From contig CAWHTE010000011.1 in the NCBI GenBank assembly GCA_963832165.1, positions 320,001 through 384,000 on the forward strand: a stretch of 64,000 nucleotides of DNA, read 5' to 3'. Position 1 is the stretch's first letter, and the number at the start of each line of letters is the position of its first letter. The DNA comes from an uncultured delta proteobacterium (GTDB lineage Bacteria > Myxococcota_A > UBA9160 > SMWR01). This document shows positions 1 through 10,334 of this stretch, piece after piece. A program made the position numbers and the translations under genes. Below the pieces are notes generated by a model. It had not been told where the DNA came from and ran no database searches. It was given only the letters and a program-made list of their open reading frames with translations.

Positions 1-2
1 TG

Positions 3-896
3 CAGTCGCACCCGGACCGGCTCGATCCGGTCGACATCTGGTCGACGATCGCGCGCGAGCGCGTGTCCGCGCTCACGATCGTTGGCGACGCGTTCGGGCG
101 GCCGCTCGTCGACGAGCTGCGCCGCGCCGCAAGTCGCGCGCAGCGAGCCGAAGGCGAGCAAAGGCCATCAGGCTACGACCTGTCGTCGCTGCGCCTGCTC
201 ACGTCGGGCGGTGCGATCCTCACCGCGTCGCTCAAGCGCGAGCTCCTGGAGCTGTTGCCGGGCGTGCGTCTGCTCGACGCGCTCGGCTCGTCGGAGAGCG
301 GCGCTCAGGCCAGCCACGCTTCGCTCGATGCGGACAGCGCCGAGACCGGGCACTTCCAGCTCGCGCCCGGAAATCTCGTGCTGCGCGAAGACCTCACGGG
401 TCCGGTCGCGCCCGGCGGTGGTGAGCAGGGTTGGCTCGCGCGCAGCGGCGCGGTGCCGCTCGGCTACTTCCGCGACGCCGAGAAGACCGCGAAGACCTTC
501 CCCGTGATCGGCGGCATGCGTTATGCGGTGCCGGGCGACCGCGCGATGCTCGAGGCCGACGGCCGCCTGCGCCTGCTCGGACGCGACTCGGTGACGATCA
601 ACACGGGCGGCGAGAAGGTGTTCGCGGAGGAGGTCGAGCAGGCGCTCAAGCATCACCCCGCGGTGTACGACGCCGTGGTCGTCGGCACGCCGCACGCGCG
701 CTGGGGCCAGCAGGTCACCGCGGTGGTGCGGCTGCGCGCGGGTGAATCGCCGTCGGAGGAGGCGCTGCTCGCGGTCGCGCGCGCCCACATCGCCGCGTAC
801 AAGCTCCCGAAGCGCTTCGTGTTCGTGGACGAGATCCGGCGTTCGCCGAGCGGCAAGGCCGACTATCGCTGGGCGAAGGAAGCGGCGCTGGAGTAG
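3..896 (+). CDS. Acyl-CoA synthetase / AMP-binding enzyme, 5'-truncated by the window edge
   Basis: ANL C-terminal motifs: GDRA, LLGR-D-TINTGGEKVFAEEVE, SPSGKAD. Confidence 0.9.
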   Translation, partial: QSHPDRLDPVDIWSTIARERVSALTIVGDAFGRPLVDELRRAASRAQRAEGEQRPSGYDLSSLRLLTSGGAILTASLKRELLELLPGVRLLDALGSSESGAQASHASLDADSAETGHFQLAPGNLVLREDLTGPVAPGGGEQGWLARSGAVPLGYFRDAEKTAKTFPVIGGMRYAVPGDRAMLEADGRLRLLGRDSVTINTGGEKVFAEEVEQALKHHPAVYDAVVVGTPHARWGQQVTAVVRLRAGESPSEEALLAVARAHIAAYKLPKRFVFVDEIRRSPSGKADYRWAKEAALE

Positions 897-903
897 GGGC
901 GGA

Positions 904-1635
904 TCACAAAGACCGCGCGAGCGCCTCGGAGAGCCGCCGGATCCGCGCTGCATTCGCACCGAGGTCGCCTCGACCCTCGCGCGACTTCGAGCGCATGTCG
1001 ACGATCGCGCCGCTCGGTTGCGGGCGGATCCGGATGACGATGTCGTCGACGAAGCGGAAGATGCGCGAGGTGTCGGTCGCCTCGATCGTGCCCGTGCTCG
1101 GATCGGCCGCGGCGACCTTCCAGCCGAACGTCGCGATCAACGCCTCCACGCGATCGAAGATCTCCTCGGGCGCGCCGGCTACGGCGATCGGCGCGAGATC
1201 GGGATAGGCGGCGCGCTGCTGGCTCGCGAACGCCTCGCCCGGATAGCTCATGTCGCGGCCCTCGTTGGGCCCCTCGTGCAGGAGCGCGGCGAACTGCGGC
1301 GGATCATCGGGATTGGTCGTGATGTCGTTGATCGGGGGCAGGCCCGCGGCCGATCCCGCCGCGAACCCGACACCGGCGAGCACCGCGACGCCGAGCGCAA
1401 CCGCGCCCCAGGCGAGTCCGCGCCCGGCGCGGCCGCGGCCGGCGCGCGTGGTGTAGAGCGCGATGAGGCCGAGCAGCAGACCGAGCAGCCCGAGCAGGCC
1501 GCCCAGCATGAACAGCGGGAACGACATCCGCGACGGCATCGCGCCCATCTTCGTGACGAGCGGCATTCCCGCGAACAGAATCGCCGAGACGGATGCGATC
1601 GCGATCGCGAGCTGGGAGAGGCGCGAGGTGTGCAC
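904..1635 (-). CDS. DUF1499-family membrane protein
   Basis: Three N-terminal TM helices, PPINDITT, FRFVDDIVIRI, VDMRSKSR-G-GDLGANAARI; GTG start at 1635 with GGAGG RBS. Confidence 0.8.
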   Translation of the reverse strand: MHTSRLSQLAIAIASVSAILFAGMPLVTKMGAMPSRMSFPLFMLGGLLGLLGLLLGLIALYTTRAGRGRAGRGLAWGAVALGVAVLAGVGFAAGSAAGLPPINDITTNPDDPPQFAALLHEGPNEGRDMSYPGEAFASQQRAAYPDLAPIAVAGAPEEIFDRVEALIATFGWKVAAADPSTGTIEATDTSRIFRFVDDIVIRIRPQPSGAIVDMRSKSREGRGDLGANAARIRRLSEALARSL

Positions 1636-1722
1636 GGGGACCTCCCTGAAGCGGCGGCGCAGCATACCACGCGGCCGCGCGGGGAATTGGCCCAGATGCG
1701 CGGCCCGCCGAGAGCTTCTGGC

Positions 1723-2328
1723 TCAATCCGCGCGCAGCATCAGCCGCAGGATCTCGACCGCCTTGTCGAGATCGGGCTTCTCCCCGGCGATCGTGTCGGC
1801 GTACAGGAACGACTCGCCGATCCGCACCAATGCGTACGCCATCGTGTGCGCGTCGACGGGCAGCGAGAGCGCCCCGCTCTTCATCTCCTCCTCGATCAGC
1901 TGCGTGTTCAGCGCGATCGTGCGCGACTGCACGGGCGCCTCCTTCGAGGCGACGATCCGCAGCGCGCGCTCGGGATCGCGCCGGATGAACGCCTGGTACG
2001 GCTTCGACGTCGCGATGTAGCGGAGCCCGCGCGCGGTGGCGTCGACGATCCGGGCGGCGCCCTTCCCCTTGGCTTCGCGCACCGAGCGCTGGAAGGTGTC
2101 CTCGACGAGCGACGCGATCACGTGCGCCGCGAGCAGGTCCGCGTTGCCGGCCCAGCGGTACGCGGTGGCGCGCGAGATCCCGAGCTCGGCGGCGAGCTCC
2201 TCGAGGCCGATCCGCTCGCCCGCCAGGAAGTGCCGGCGCGCCACGGCGCGCAGATCGGCCTCGGTCGCCACGGGGCGCAGGCCAGTAAGCACCGGACGGG
2301 CCTTGGTTTTTCTCTGCCGGGTCGGCAT
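1723..2328 (-). CDS. TetR-family (QsdR-like) transcriptional regulator
   Basis: HTH LEELAAELGISRATAYRW; divergent from a hydrolase gene. Confidence 0.85.
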   Translation of the reverse strand: MPTRQRKTKARPVLTGLRPVATEADLRAVARRHFLAGERIGLEELAAELGISRATAYRWAGNADLLAAHVIASLVEDTFQRSVREAKGKGAARIVDATARGLRYIATSKPYQAFIRRDPERALRIVASKEAPVQSRTIALNTQLIEEEMKSGALSLPVDAHTMAYALVRIGESFLYADTIAGEKPDLDKAVEILRLMLRAD

Positions 2329-2352
2329 GGCGAATTTTTCCCCTTGACGAGA

Positions 2353-2404
2353 TGAGACATTTTGTTCGAAAGTCTCACATGAGACAAATATTATAAACGT
2401 CTCA
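2353..2404. promoter_or_regulatory. Two tandem inverted-repeat operators TGAGAC-N13-GTCTCA (probable TetR sites)
   Basis: 2353-2377 and 2380-2404, both with 13-nt AT-rich spacers, in the divergent promoter; TTGACG at 2344. Confidence 0.75.
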
Positions 2405-2429
2405 TCACGAATTCAACCCGGAGGGAGCC

Positions 2430-3806
2430 ATGGACTCGAACGACCGGACTGCCGAACAAGACCGCCCGACCGTGGACCTGACCCGCCGCCGCCTGTTGAT
2501 TGGCGCGGCCGCCGGCGCGCTCAGCGTCCCGCTGTTCCGCGGCGTCGCTGCGGCCGCAAGCGCCGCGCCCGACGGCCTCGTGCGCGAGCCGGCCGGCGGC
2601 GTGGTCTCGGGAGCCTGGGACCCGCGTTTCCGGCGCGTACGTGACCAGTTCGTGCGGAACTTCAGCGAACGCGGCGAAGTGGGCGCAGCCGTATCCGTGA
2701 TCGCCGGGGGACGGCGGGTGATCGACCTCTGGGGCGGCACCGCGCGAGTCGACACGGGTGCGCCGTGGCAGAAGGACACGATCGTCCACGTCTGGTCGTG
2801 CACGAAGGGTGCGACCGCACTGTGCGCGCACATCCTGGCCGCGCGTGGGTTGCTCGATCTCGACGCGCTCGTCACCGACTACTGGCCCGAGTACGGCCAG
2901 AACGGCAAGGGCGGCACGACCGTGGCGATGCTGCTCTCGCACCAGGCCGGCGTGCCCGCGATCCGCGAGCCGCTGCCGCCCGGCGCATTCTACGACACCG
3001 AGTTCATGACCGAGACACTCGCCGCCGAGGCGCCGTTCTGGGAGCCGGGCACGCGCCACGGCTATCACGCGCTCACGTTCGGCTTCCTGGTCGGCGAGCT
3101 CGTGCGGCGCGTCTCCGGCAAGTCGCTCGGAGAGTTCTTCCGCGACGAGATCGCTGACCGCTTCGACATCGACTTCTCGATGGGCCTCGCCGACAGCCAG
3201 GTCGGTCGGCTCGCTCCGATCATTCCCGCCGATCCGCCTGCGCCGCCGTTCCCGAACTACCTGCTCGCGGCACTCACCGACCCGACCTCGATCCAGGCGC
3301 TGATCTTCTTCAACAGCGGCGGCTTCCTGAACCCGGGCGAGGCCGAGTCAGCCGCGGCGCGCGCGCAGACCGAGATCGGCGCGTCGGGAGGATTCACGAA
3401 CGCGCGCGCGCTCGCGCGCATGTACCACCTGCTCGTCGACCCGCGCCTCGCGCTGCCGCTCGTTGGACGCTCGGGGCTCGTGCGCATGTCGCGGGTTCAT
3501 TCGGCAGGCTTCGACCAGTTCGGTCTGATCCATTCACGCTTCGCACTCGGCTACGTGAAGTCGATCGACAACCGGCTCGGTACCCCCGGCAACCAGGACA
3601 GCGACATCGTGTCCGAGGATGCGTTCCATCACTCGGGCTTCGGCGGCTCGATCGGACTCGCCGATCCGCGCGCCGGCTTCTCGCTCGGCTACGTGATGAA
3701 CAAGCAGGGCCAGGGCACGCTGTTCAACCCGCGCGGCCAGAGCCTCGTCGACGCGACCTACCAGTCGCTCGGCTATACGGAGGTGGCGGGCAACTTCGTG
3801 CGCTAG
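2430..3806 (+). CDS. Tat-exported serine hydrolase, beta-lactamase class C/EstB family
   Basis: TRRRLL Tat signal, SxxK (WSCTK), LLSHQAG, YHALTFG, HSGFGG. Confidence 0.88.
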   Translation: MDSNDRTAEQDRPTVDLTRRRLLIGAAAGALSVPLFRGVAAAASAAPDGLVREPAGGVVSGAWDPRFRRVRDQFVRNFSERGEVGAAVSVIAGGRRVIDLWGGTARVDTGAPWQKDTIVHVWSCTKGATALCAHILAARGLLDLDALVTDYWPEYGQNGKGGTTVAMLLSHQAGVPAIREPLPPGAFYDTEFMTETLAAEAPFWEPGTRHGYHALTFGFLVGELVRRVSGKSLGEFFRDEIADRFDIDFSMGLADSQVGRLAPIIPADPPAPPFPNYLLAALTDPTSIQALIFFNSGGFLNPGEAESAAARAQTEIGASGGFTNARALARMYHLLVDPRLALPLVGRSGLVRMSRVHSAGFDQFGLIHSRFALGYVKSIDNRLGTPGNQDSDIVSEDAFHHSGFGGSIGLADPRAGFSLGYVMNKQGQGTLFNPRGQSLVDATYQSLGYTEVAGNFVR

Positions 3807-4669
3807 CCCTGGCCGGCGCGCGTCGCGCCTGCGACGAGCTCGTAGAGCGGGGAGGGGAGCTCCGGGGCGTCCGCGTCGGCGACGATCAGCCAGCGGCCCG
3901 GTTCATCGTCCGGCTGCCACCACGCGAGCCCCTCGGCCTTGACGTCGGGGCGCAGGCGCGCGATCAGCTGCGGCCGGAGCGCTGTGTCGAAGCACCCGAG
4001 CACGCTGCCCGCGCACGGAGCGTCTTCGTAGGGATCGTCGGTGGCTTCCGCGGCCGCGAGGAAGTGGAGCCCGAGCGCCGGGTGCACCGCGAGGTCCGTG
4101 AGCGTGAGCGGAATGCCGTCGAGGACGGGCAGCGCGACCGCGACGATCGACTGATAAGCGGCCGCGTCCAACGCATCCTCGAGCTTGGAGATCGCAGCCG
4201 ACCCGTCGAGCCACACGAGCGCGCTCGCGCTCCGGCGGCCGACGCCGCGGTGGGCGAGCACCCAGCGGTCGCCGTCGCGCGCCGCACCCTCGATGTTGAT
4301 CGCGCCGAGCTCCGCGCGCAGCCGCGCGTAGAGCGGCGCGAGGTCGAGCGACCGGGCGGAGTCGCGGCGCGGGTCGAATAGCAGGGCGCGTTCCCGGTTC
4401 GGCCGCGAGCCGGAGCCGAAGGCGAGCAGCCGCCCGTCCGGCAGCTCGAGCAGCGCCTCGAGGTCGGGCTTCGCCTTCTTCGCGATCGGCGCCTCCGGCG
4501 CGCCATCCGCTGCCGGCACGTCGGGCAGCCGGCCGCCGTCGAGCCGATACCGGCGCAGCCGCTCGCCGTCGTCGGCGATCACGTGCGCGACGCCGTCGCG
4601 CACGACGAGCCCGCTCGCAGCGCTGACGTCGATGCGAAACCGCTCACGCAGGACGGCGTCGTGCAGCAT
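3803..4669 (-). CDS. Hypothetical beta-propeller-like protein (DUF6929-like)
   Basis: SAASGL, KPDLEA, GSGS, NIEG, KAEG motifs. Confidence 0.6.
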   Translation of the reverse strand: MLHDAVLRERFRIDVSAASGLVVRDGVAHVIADDGERLRRYRLDGGRLPDVPAADGAPEAPIAKKAKPDLEALLELPDGRLLAFGSGSRPNRERALLFDPRRDSARSLDLAPLYARLRAELGAINIEGAARDGDRWVLAHRGVGRRSASALVWLDGSAAISKLEDALDAAAYQSIVAVALPVLDGIPLTLTDLAVHPALGLHFLAAAEATDDPYEDAPCAGSVLGCFDTALRPQLIARLRPDVKAEGLAWWQPDDEPGRWLIVADADAPELPSPLYELVAGATRAGQG

Positions 4670-4757
4670 TTACAAAACCACGTTAGCCGCTTATCGATCG
4701 CCGCGGCGGCTAGTTTCCGCGGTAAAGATCGACGCCGGCGCAGCCGACTACTGCGGC

Positions 4758-5504
4758 GTGGAAGAGAGCAGCTACGAGCGATCGGCGCTGGTACTCGATG
4801 GGGACGACCATCGGCTCGCGCAGGCGTCGGCGTCCCTGGCCGTGCTAGGGCACCGGATGCTCTATTCCGATGACCTCGACGAGATGATTCGTCACGCGGC
4901 CGAATACCGCGAGCAGATGGGTGCGCTCCTGCTGCCGGCAGCGCATGCGATGGACTGGTGGCCAACCGTGCGCAAGTGGGTGGTCGAGCCGATCGGGATC
5001 GCGCCCCGCTCGGTGCTTCCCGTGGGCGAGTCGATCGCCGCATCCGATGCCGAGTCGCTCCATTCCGATGGGCTGCGCTGGATGCTCCGCGAGCCGTTCT
5101 CTCCGCAGGAGTTGCGCTTCGCCGTGAGCAAGGTGCTCGCCGAAGCCGACCCGGACGAGCTCCGGATCGAGACCCGGGTTCCCTGTTCGATTCCCGTCGA
5201 GGTGGAGTCGCCGCATCGCACCGTGACGGCTCACCTGACCGATCACTCCACGAGCGGCGCGTTCGTCCAGCTCGCCCATCCTCAGCGCGAAGGAGCGCGG
5301 TTGGTGGTGCGCGCCGAGCTGTGCGGGCGCTCCGTCTCGCTGAACGCGCGCGTGGCCTGGCGCGGCGGTCCGCGCTCACCGAGCTGGCTCGATCGCGGCA
5401 TGGGCGTCGTGTTCGAGCGGCTCGAGATCGAAACGATCGACCTGTTGCTCCGACAGACCGATCGCGTGCTCGATCGGTTTCGCCTGCTCCCGCACGCGAC
5501 CTAA
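4758..5504 (+). CDS. Degenerate receiver-like domain + PilZ domain protein
   Basis: C-terminal RxxxR (RIETR), DxSxxG (DHSTSG) and GMGVVF; start uncertain. Confidence 0.75.
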   Translation: MEESSYERSALVLDGDDHRLAQASASLAVLGHRMLYSDDLDEMIRHAAEYREQMGALLLPAAHAMDWWPTVRKWVVEPIGIAPRSVLPVGESIAASDAESLHSDGLRWMLREPFSPQELRFAVSKVLAEADPDELRIETRVPCSIPVEVESPHRTVTAHLTDHSTSGAFVQLAHPQREGARLVVRAELCGRSVSLNARVAWRGGPRSPSWLDRGMGVVFERLEIETIDLLLRQTDRVLDRFRLLPHAT

Positions 5505-5565
5505 TCGCTCTCCCCGACATCGCGCCGTTGAAGCGATCACGGGCCGCCTCCATTACTGTTGGCGC

Positions 5566-6339
5566 ATGGATCTCATCCGAAGCGAACGGCGCGGCGCGGT
5601 TGCGCTGCTCACGCTCGACCGCCCGCAGGCGCTGAATGCGCTCGACGCCGCGACGCTCGAGGCACTCGAGGCGCGGGTCGGCGAGGTGGCGCGCGATCCG
5701 GGCGTGCGCGCGCTGGTGCTGACCGGCGAGGGGCGCGCGTTCGCCGCGGGCGCCGACATCGCGGCGATGCGCCCGTTCAGCGCAGCCGATGCCGGCGCGT
5801 TCAGCCGGCTCGGACACCGCGCGTTCGCGGCGTTGGAAGAGCTCGCAATTCCCACGATCGCAGCCGTGAACGGCTATGCGCTCGGCGGCGGCTGCGAGCT
5901 CGCGTGCGCGTGTGACTGGATCTACGCGTCCGCGAAGGCGCGCTTCGGCCAGCCCGAGGTGAACCTCGGCATCCTGCCCGGGTTCGGCGGCACGAGCCGG
6001 CTCGTGCGCCGTGTCGGGATCGCGTGGGCGAAGGAGATCGTGCTCACGGGCGAGCCGATCGACGCCGAGCAGGCGTTGCGGATCGGGCTCGTCAACCGCG
6101 TGTTCGAGCCCGACGCACTCCTGCCCGCGGCGCTCGCGGCGGGCGAGAAGATCGCCGAGAAGGGCCCGCTCGCCGTTGGCGCGGCCAAACGCGTGCTCGG
6201 GCAGGGCCAGGACGCCGATTCGCGCGTCGCGCACGCGCTCGAGCAGGAGGCGTTCGCAGCCGCATTCGCCACCGAGGATCGCGCCGAGGGCATGGCCGCG
6301 TTCCTCGAGAAGCGCGCGCCCGTGTTCAAGGGGCGTTAG
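5566..6339 (+). CDS. Enoyl-CoA hydratase/isomerase
   Basis: AFAAGADI, ALGGGCEL, FGQPEVNLGILPGFGG. Confidence 0.93.
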   Translation: MDLIRSERRGAVALLTLDRPQALNALDAATLEALEARVGEVARDPGVRALVLTGEGRAFAAGADIAAMRPFSAADAGAFSRLGHRAFAALEELAIPTIAAVNGYALGGGCELACACDWIYASAKARFGQPEVNLGILPGFGGTSRLVRRVGIAWAKEIVLTGEPIDAEQALRIGLVNRVFEPDALLPAALAAGEKIAEKGPLAVGAAKRVLGQGQDADSRVAHALEQEAFAAAFATEDRAEGMAAFLEKRAPVFKGR

Positions 6340-6347
6340 GCACGGCG

Positions 6348-7424
6348 ATGAAGTTCGGGATCTTCTTCGAGCTCTCGGTTCCGCGCCCGTTCTCCCCCGA
6401 ACGCGAGCGCGAGGTGATCACCAACGCGCTCGAGCAGGCGCGCCTCGCCGACGCGCTCGGATTCGAGTGCGCATGGGTGGTCGAGCACCACTTCCTCGAG
6501 GAGTACTCGCACTCGTCGGCGCCTGAGCTGTTCCTGACCGCGGTGGCGATGCAGACGCAGCGGATCCGCGTGGGACACGGCGCGGTGGTGTGCGTTCCCG
6601 AGATCAACCACCCGATCCGCGTCGCGGAGCGCGCCGCATTCCTCGACCTCCTCTCGGGCGGGCGGCTCGAGTTCGGCACCGCGCGCTCCTCGACGTGGAC
6701 CGAGATCGGCGGCTTCGAGGCCGATCCCGACGACACCAAGAAGGATTGGGACGAGTACGTGCGCGTGCTGCCGCAGATGTGGATGCAGGAGACGTTCTCG
6801 CACCGCGGCCGCTGCTTCTCGATGCCCGAGCGCGCGATCCTGCCCAAGCCGCTGCAGAAGCCGCACCCGCCGATGTGGGTGACCGTGACGAGTCCGGGCA
6901 CCGAGCTCGACGCCGCGGACCGCGGCCTCGGTTGTCTCGGCGTGGCCACGGCGAGCTATGCCGAGCAGGAGCGCCGCACGCGCGAGTACCACCGGCGGAT
7001 CCAGCTCTGCGAGCCGGTCGGCGGGGCCGTGAACGACCGCGTGGCGATCCTGAACTTCCTCTACTGCCACGAGGACGCCGACGTCGCGGCCGAGCACGGC
7101 CTGCGCTTCCTGGGCACGTTCGGCGTGCTCAATGCGCACCTGCTCTTCACGCGCGAGGTCTACCCGAGCTCCGCCTATCAGTCGCTCGCGAACCTCGCGC
7201 CCGCGCCGTCGCGGACGGGCGGACCCGGCGATCGCCCGGGCGTGCCCGACGGGATCTGCATCGGCGATCCGCGCGGGATCATCTCGGCCGCCAAGCGCTG
7301 GGAATCGATCGGCGTCGATCAGATCAACCTCCTGCTCAACGCCTCCGAGGTGCTCTCGCAGGAGCAGGTGCTCGCGAGCCTGCGCTTGTTCGCCAAGGAA
7401 GTGATGCCGGAGTTCGAATGTTAG
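6348..7424 (+). CDS. LLM-class flavin-dependent oxidoreductase
   Basis: MKFGIF, EHHF, HPIRVAE, LDLLSGGRLEFG, PKPLQKPHPP. Confidence 0.9.
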   Translation: MKFGIFFELSVPRPFSPEREREVITNALEQARLADALGFECAWVVEHHFLEEYSHSSAPELFLTAVAMQTQRIRVGHGAVVCVPEINHPIRVAERAAFLDLLSGGRLEFGTARSSTWTEIGGFEADPDDTKKDWDEYVRVLPQMWMQETFSHRGRCFSMPERAILPKPLQKPHPPMWVTVTSPGTELDAADRGLGCLGVATASYAEQERRTREYHRRIQLCEPVGGAVNDRVAILNFLYCHEDADVAAEHGLRFLGTFGVLNAHLLFTREVYPSSAYQSLANLAPAPSRTGGPGDRPGVPDGICIGDPRGIISAAKRWESIGVDQINLLLNASEVLSQEQVLASLRLFAKEVMPEFEC

Positions 7425-8158
7425 TCGGAACCGGCGATCCCGAGGCGCTCGCACGCGGCGCGGCCACGCTCGCGGGCTTCGACACTGCGCCCGAGAAGCT
7501 GCTCGGCGTGGAGACGCTCCAGGTCGCCTTCGAGGTCGCCCGTGCGGGTGCGGACGAGCTGTTGCCGCCGGGCCTCCACCCGACGCGCCCGCCCGTCGTG
7601 AGCTGGCTCGTGCAGCGCGTGCCGGAGAGTCCGTGGGGTCCGTTCGCGCTCGCGCAGTGTCGCGTCGAGTGCCGCAGCGGACTGCGCCCGCGCGGGTTCC
7701 TCCGAGGCGGGGTGATCGACAACGACGCAGCTCGCACGGCACTCGCGGCGCGCTGGGGTTATGCGCTGGGCCTGGGCGAGCCTCGCCTCGCGCGCAGCTA
7801 CGACGAGATCCGCGCGAGCGTGCGGCTCGGCGGTGCGTGCGTGCTCGAGCTCGCGCTGCGCGACCCGATGCCGCTGCGCAACACCGACGCCTACTACGTG
7901 GCGAGCGTGCATCTCGCGCACTCGCCGCGCGGGCTGCGGCTCGTGCAGGTCGATCCCGACTTCGACGTCGAGCGCGCCGAGCGCGGACGTCCGCTCATCG
8001 ACCGTTTCGACGCGGAAGCCTGGCGCTGCCCGGGCGTGCGCACGAGCGCGCCCGTCTCGGGCTCGTTCAGCATCGCCGACGTGACGCTGCCCGCGCTGCG
8101 CTACGTGAGCCGCCCCGAGGTGCCCGCGTTCCTGGGGACCGAGCGCGTCGACGGCTGA
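7418..8158 (+). CDS. Acetoacetate decarboxylase-family protein
   Basis: LLPPGLHP, ESPWGPF, RWGY pattern; start overlaps the LLM gene stop. Confidence 0.65.
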   Translation: MLVGTGDPEALARGAATLAGFDTAPEKLLGVETLQVAFEVARAGADELLPPGLHPTRPPVVSWLVQRVPESPWGPFALAQCRVECRSGLRPRGFLRGGVIDNDAARTALAARWGYALGLGEPRLARSYDEIRASVRLGGACVLELALRDPMPLRNTDAYYVASVHLAHSPRGLRLVQVDPDFDVERAERGRPLIDRFDAEAWRCPGVRTSAPVSGSFSIADVTLPALRYVSRPEVPAFLGTERVDG

Positions 8159-8685
8159 AGCACGCCGCGTCTGCGCAGCCGACTGAGGGCGCAGAGCAGC
8201 GCGATTCCGGCTCCGAGCAGCCCGCCGCGCGCGGGCTCGGGCAGATTCGTGGTGTTGCCGCCGTCGGTGAGCGTCGCGAGCAGGGCGTTGGTCACCTGCG
8301 TGACCGTGTCGGCGGAGAACTGGCCCAGGTCGGTGAGCGGCGACCTCCCGTTGCACCACAAGAACGTGCAGTTCGGCATCGAGCCCGACCCGATCCCGAA
8401 CAGCAACGCGATCAGCGGCGCGGGCTGGATCGCGTTCGAGTAGGAGTTGGCCCCGAACTGCGAGGGGTCGTCGGGGTAGCTGTAGGGACCCGGGTCGGTG
8501 TTCGCGGGCATGTCGTTCACCGAAGCGGTGATCCGGCGCACGAGCTCCTTGAAGTCGGGACTTTCGACCGTCGACGCGCCGGACGTCGGCTGCGTGGGAT
8601 CGGTGAATCCCGGCCCGCCGTTGCGGACGATCACGAGGTCGCGGCTCGGCACCGGCCGGCTGATCGCGAGGTCCGCGGGAGTCAG
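8101..8685 (-). CDS. PEP-CTERM-tailed protein or fragment (no clear signal peptide)
   Basis: C-terminal LPEP + hydrophobic helix + RLRRR; Thr/Asn/Ser-rich body; start unresolved. Confidence 0.5.
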   Translation of the reverse strand: MTPADLAISRPVPSRDLVIVRNGGPGFTDPTQPTSGASTVESPDFKELVRRITASVNDMPANTDPGPYSYPDDPSQFGANSYSNAIQPAPLIALLFGIGSGSMPNCTFLWCNGRSPLTDLGQFSADTVTQVTNALLATLTDGGNTTNLPEPARGGLLGAGIALLCALSRLRRRGVLQPSTRSVPRNAGTSGRLT

Positions 8686-9512
8686 ATCATCGGCACGCCC
8701 TTGCGCTTGCGCCCGCGCGGAAACGCGCGCTCGATCTTCTGCACGTCCAGAGCCGTGAGCTCGAGCTCTGCCGCGGTCGCGTTCTCGAGCGCGTGCTCGG
8801 CGCGCGCGGCCTTCGGGATCGCGAAGACGTGGGGATCGCGGACGAGGAAGCGCAGCGCCACCTGATACGGAGTCGCTCCGTGATCCTGCGCGATCGCGCG
8901 CAGCGTGCGATCGCGCGCGGGAAAGCGCCCGGATCCGAACGGGCTGTAGGCGACCACGGCGATGCCGTGCTGTGCGCAGAACGGGACCACCTCGTGCTCG
9001 ATCGCGCGCTCGCGCAGGTGGTAGAGCACCTGGTTGCACGCGACGCGGCCCGCGCCCGCGATCTTCACGACTTCCGCGAGCTCGTCTGCGGCGAAGTTCG
9101 AGACGCCCCACGCGCGGATCTTTCCCTGCTCGAACAGGTCCTCGAACGCGGCCACCGTGTCCTCGATCGGGTGATCACCGGGCCAGTGCAGCAGATAGAG
9201 ATCGAGGTGATCGGTGCGCAGCCGCGCGAGGCTGCGCTCGCAGGCCGCGATCGTGCCGCGCCGCGAAGCGTTCTCGGGCAGCACCTTCGACGCGAGGAAC
9301 ACCTCGCCGCGGCGACCCGCGATCGCCTCGCCGACGAGCTCCTCCACGTCTCCGTCGCCATACATCTCGGCCGTGTCGATGTGGGTCATGCCCGCATCGA
9401 GTCCGCGCCGCAGGGCCGCGATCGCGTCGCGGCGCTCGTGCTCCATCTCCCAGGTGCCCTGGCCGATCACCGCGACCGGCCGCGTGGTCGAGCCGAACGA
9501 CCGCGACTCCAC
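8682..9512 (-). CDS. Aldo/keto reductase
   Basis: IGQGTW, IDTAEMYG, LDLYLLHWP, GVSNF, NQVLY, AYSPFG, IPKA. Confidence 0.93.
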   Translation of the reverse strand: MESRSFGSTTRPVAVIGQGTWEMEHERRDAIAALRRGLDAGMTHIDTAEMYGDGDVEELVGEAIAGRRGEVFLASKVLPENASRRGTIAACERSLARLRTDHLDLYLLHWPGDHPIEDTVAAFEDLFEQGKIRAWGVSNFAADELAEVVKIAGAGRVACNQVLYHLRERAIEHEVVPFCAQHGIAVVAYSPFGSGRFPARDRTLRAIAQDHGATPYQVALRFLVRDPHVFAIPKAARAEHALENATAAELELTALDVQKIERAFPRGRKRKGVPMI

Positions 9513-9516
9513 GCGG

Positions 9517-10319
9517 TCAGCGCACCTTCTCCGCGACCACGCAGAACACGCGGTGCGGGATCGACAACGGCTCCGGGTAGCGCTGGCCGAGCAGTGCCGC
9601 GACCTCCGCGTCGAACTTCTCGACCGTCGCGTCATCCATGCCGCCCGAGCCGACGCCGTTGCAGGTGCGCAGGCGGCCGCGCCATCCCGCGTGAGTCATC
9701 GCCTGCGCGTGGTCGAAGCAGAACTGCTCGCGCAGGCGGATCGCGGGGTTTGCCGACACCAGGTCGATGAGCCACGGATAGAGCCCGTTGAACCCGGCGA
9801 GCTTCCAGTTGGGGTTCCACTTCACCACGAGCGCTTCACTCTCGCGGGCGAGCTCGCTGTGCTGCGGCAGATAGGTGTAGTTGGCAATCGCGAGCAGGCC
9901 GCCGGGGACCAGCACGCGCGCGCACTCGGCGAGCGCGCGCGCGTGGTCGAACCAGTGCCAGCACGTGCCCGCGGTGACGAGGTCGACGCTCGCATCGGGC
10001 TCGCCGGTCGTCTTCGGCAGGCGCCACTGCGAAGCGGCACGACGCCGGAGAGTCCGCGCGCCTGCGCGAGCTCGCGCGCCGCGCGGATCTGGTTCTCGGA
10101 GATGTCGAGCCCGACCACGCGCGCACCGCGCGCGGCGAGCTCGAGCGCGACCACACCTGGCCCTGTGCCGAGGTCGAGCGCGCGCGCGCCGCGCAGCGCG
10201 CGCAGTGTCTCCAGCCGGTCGTAGAACGCCGGCGGAAAGCCAGGGCGCTGCTGGGCGTAATCATCGCTGCGGCGACCGAAGTCGACCGCACCGCCCACGA
10301 GGTCCCGAATCGTCGCCAT
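9517..10319 (-). CDS. Class I SAM-dependent methyltransferase, frameshifted near 10030
   Basis: VDFG-Y-RPGF, LDLGTGPG; continues in another frame (VAPAED...CWHWFD...LVPGG). Confidence 0.8.
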
Positions 10320-10334
10320 CGCGCGCTCGCGGAC

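Noticed and set aside
742..2355. Long Arg/Ala/Pro-rich ORFs here and throughout the track
   Set aside because: Shadow ORFs typical of high-GC DNA, overlapping well-supported genes
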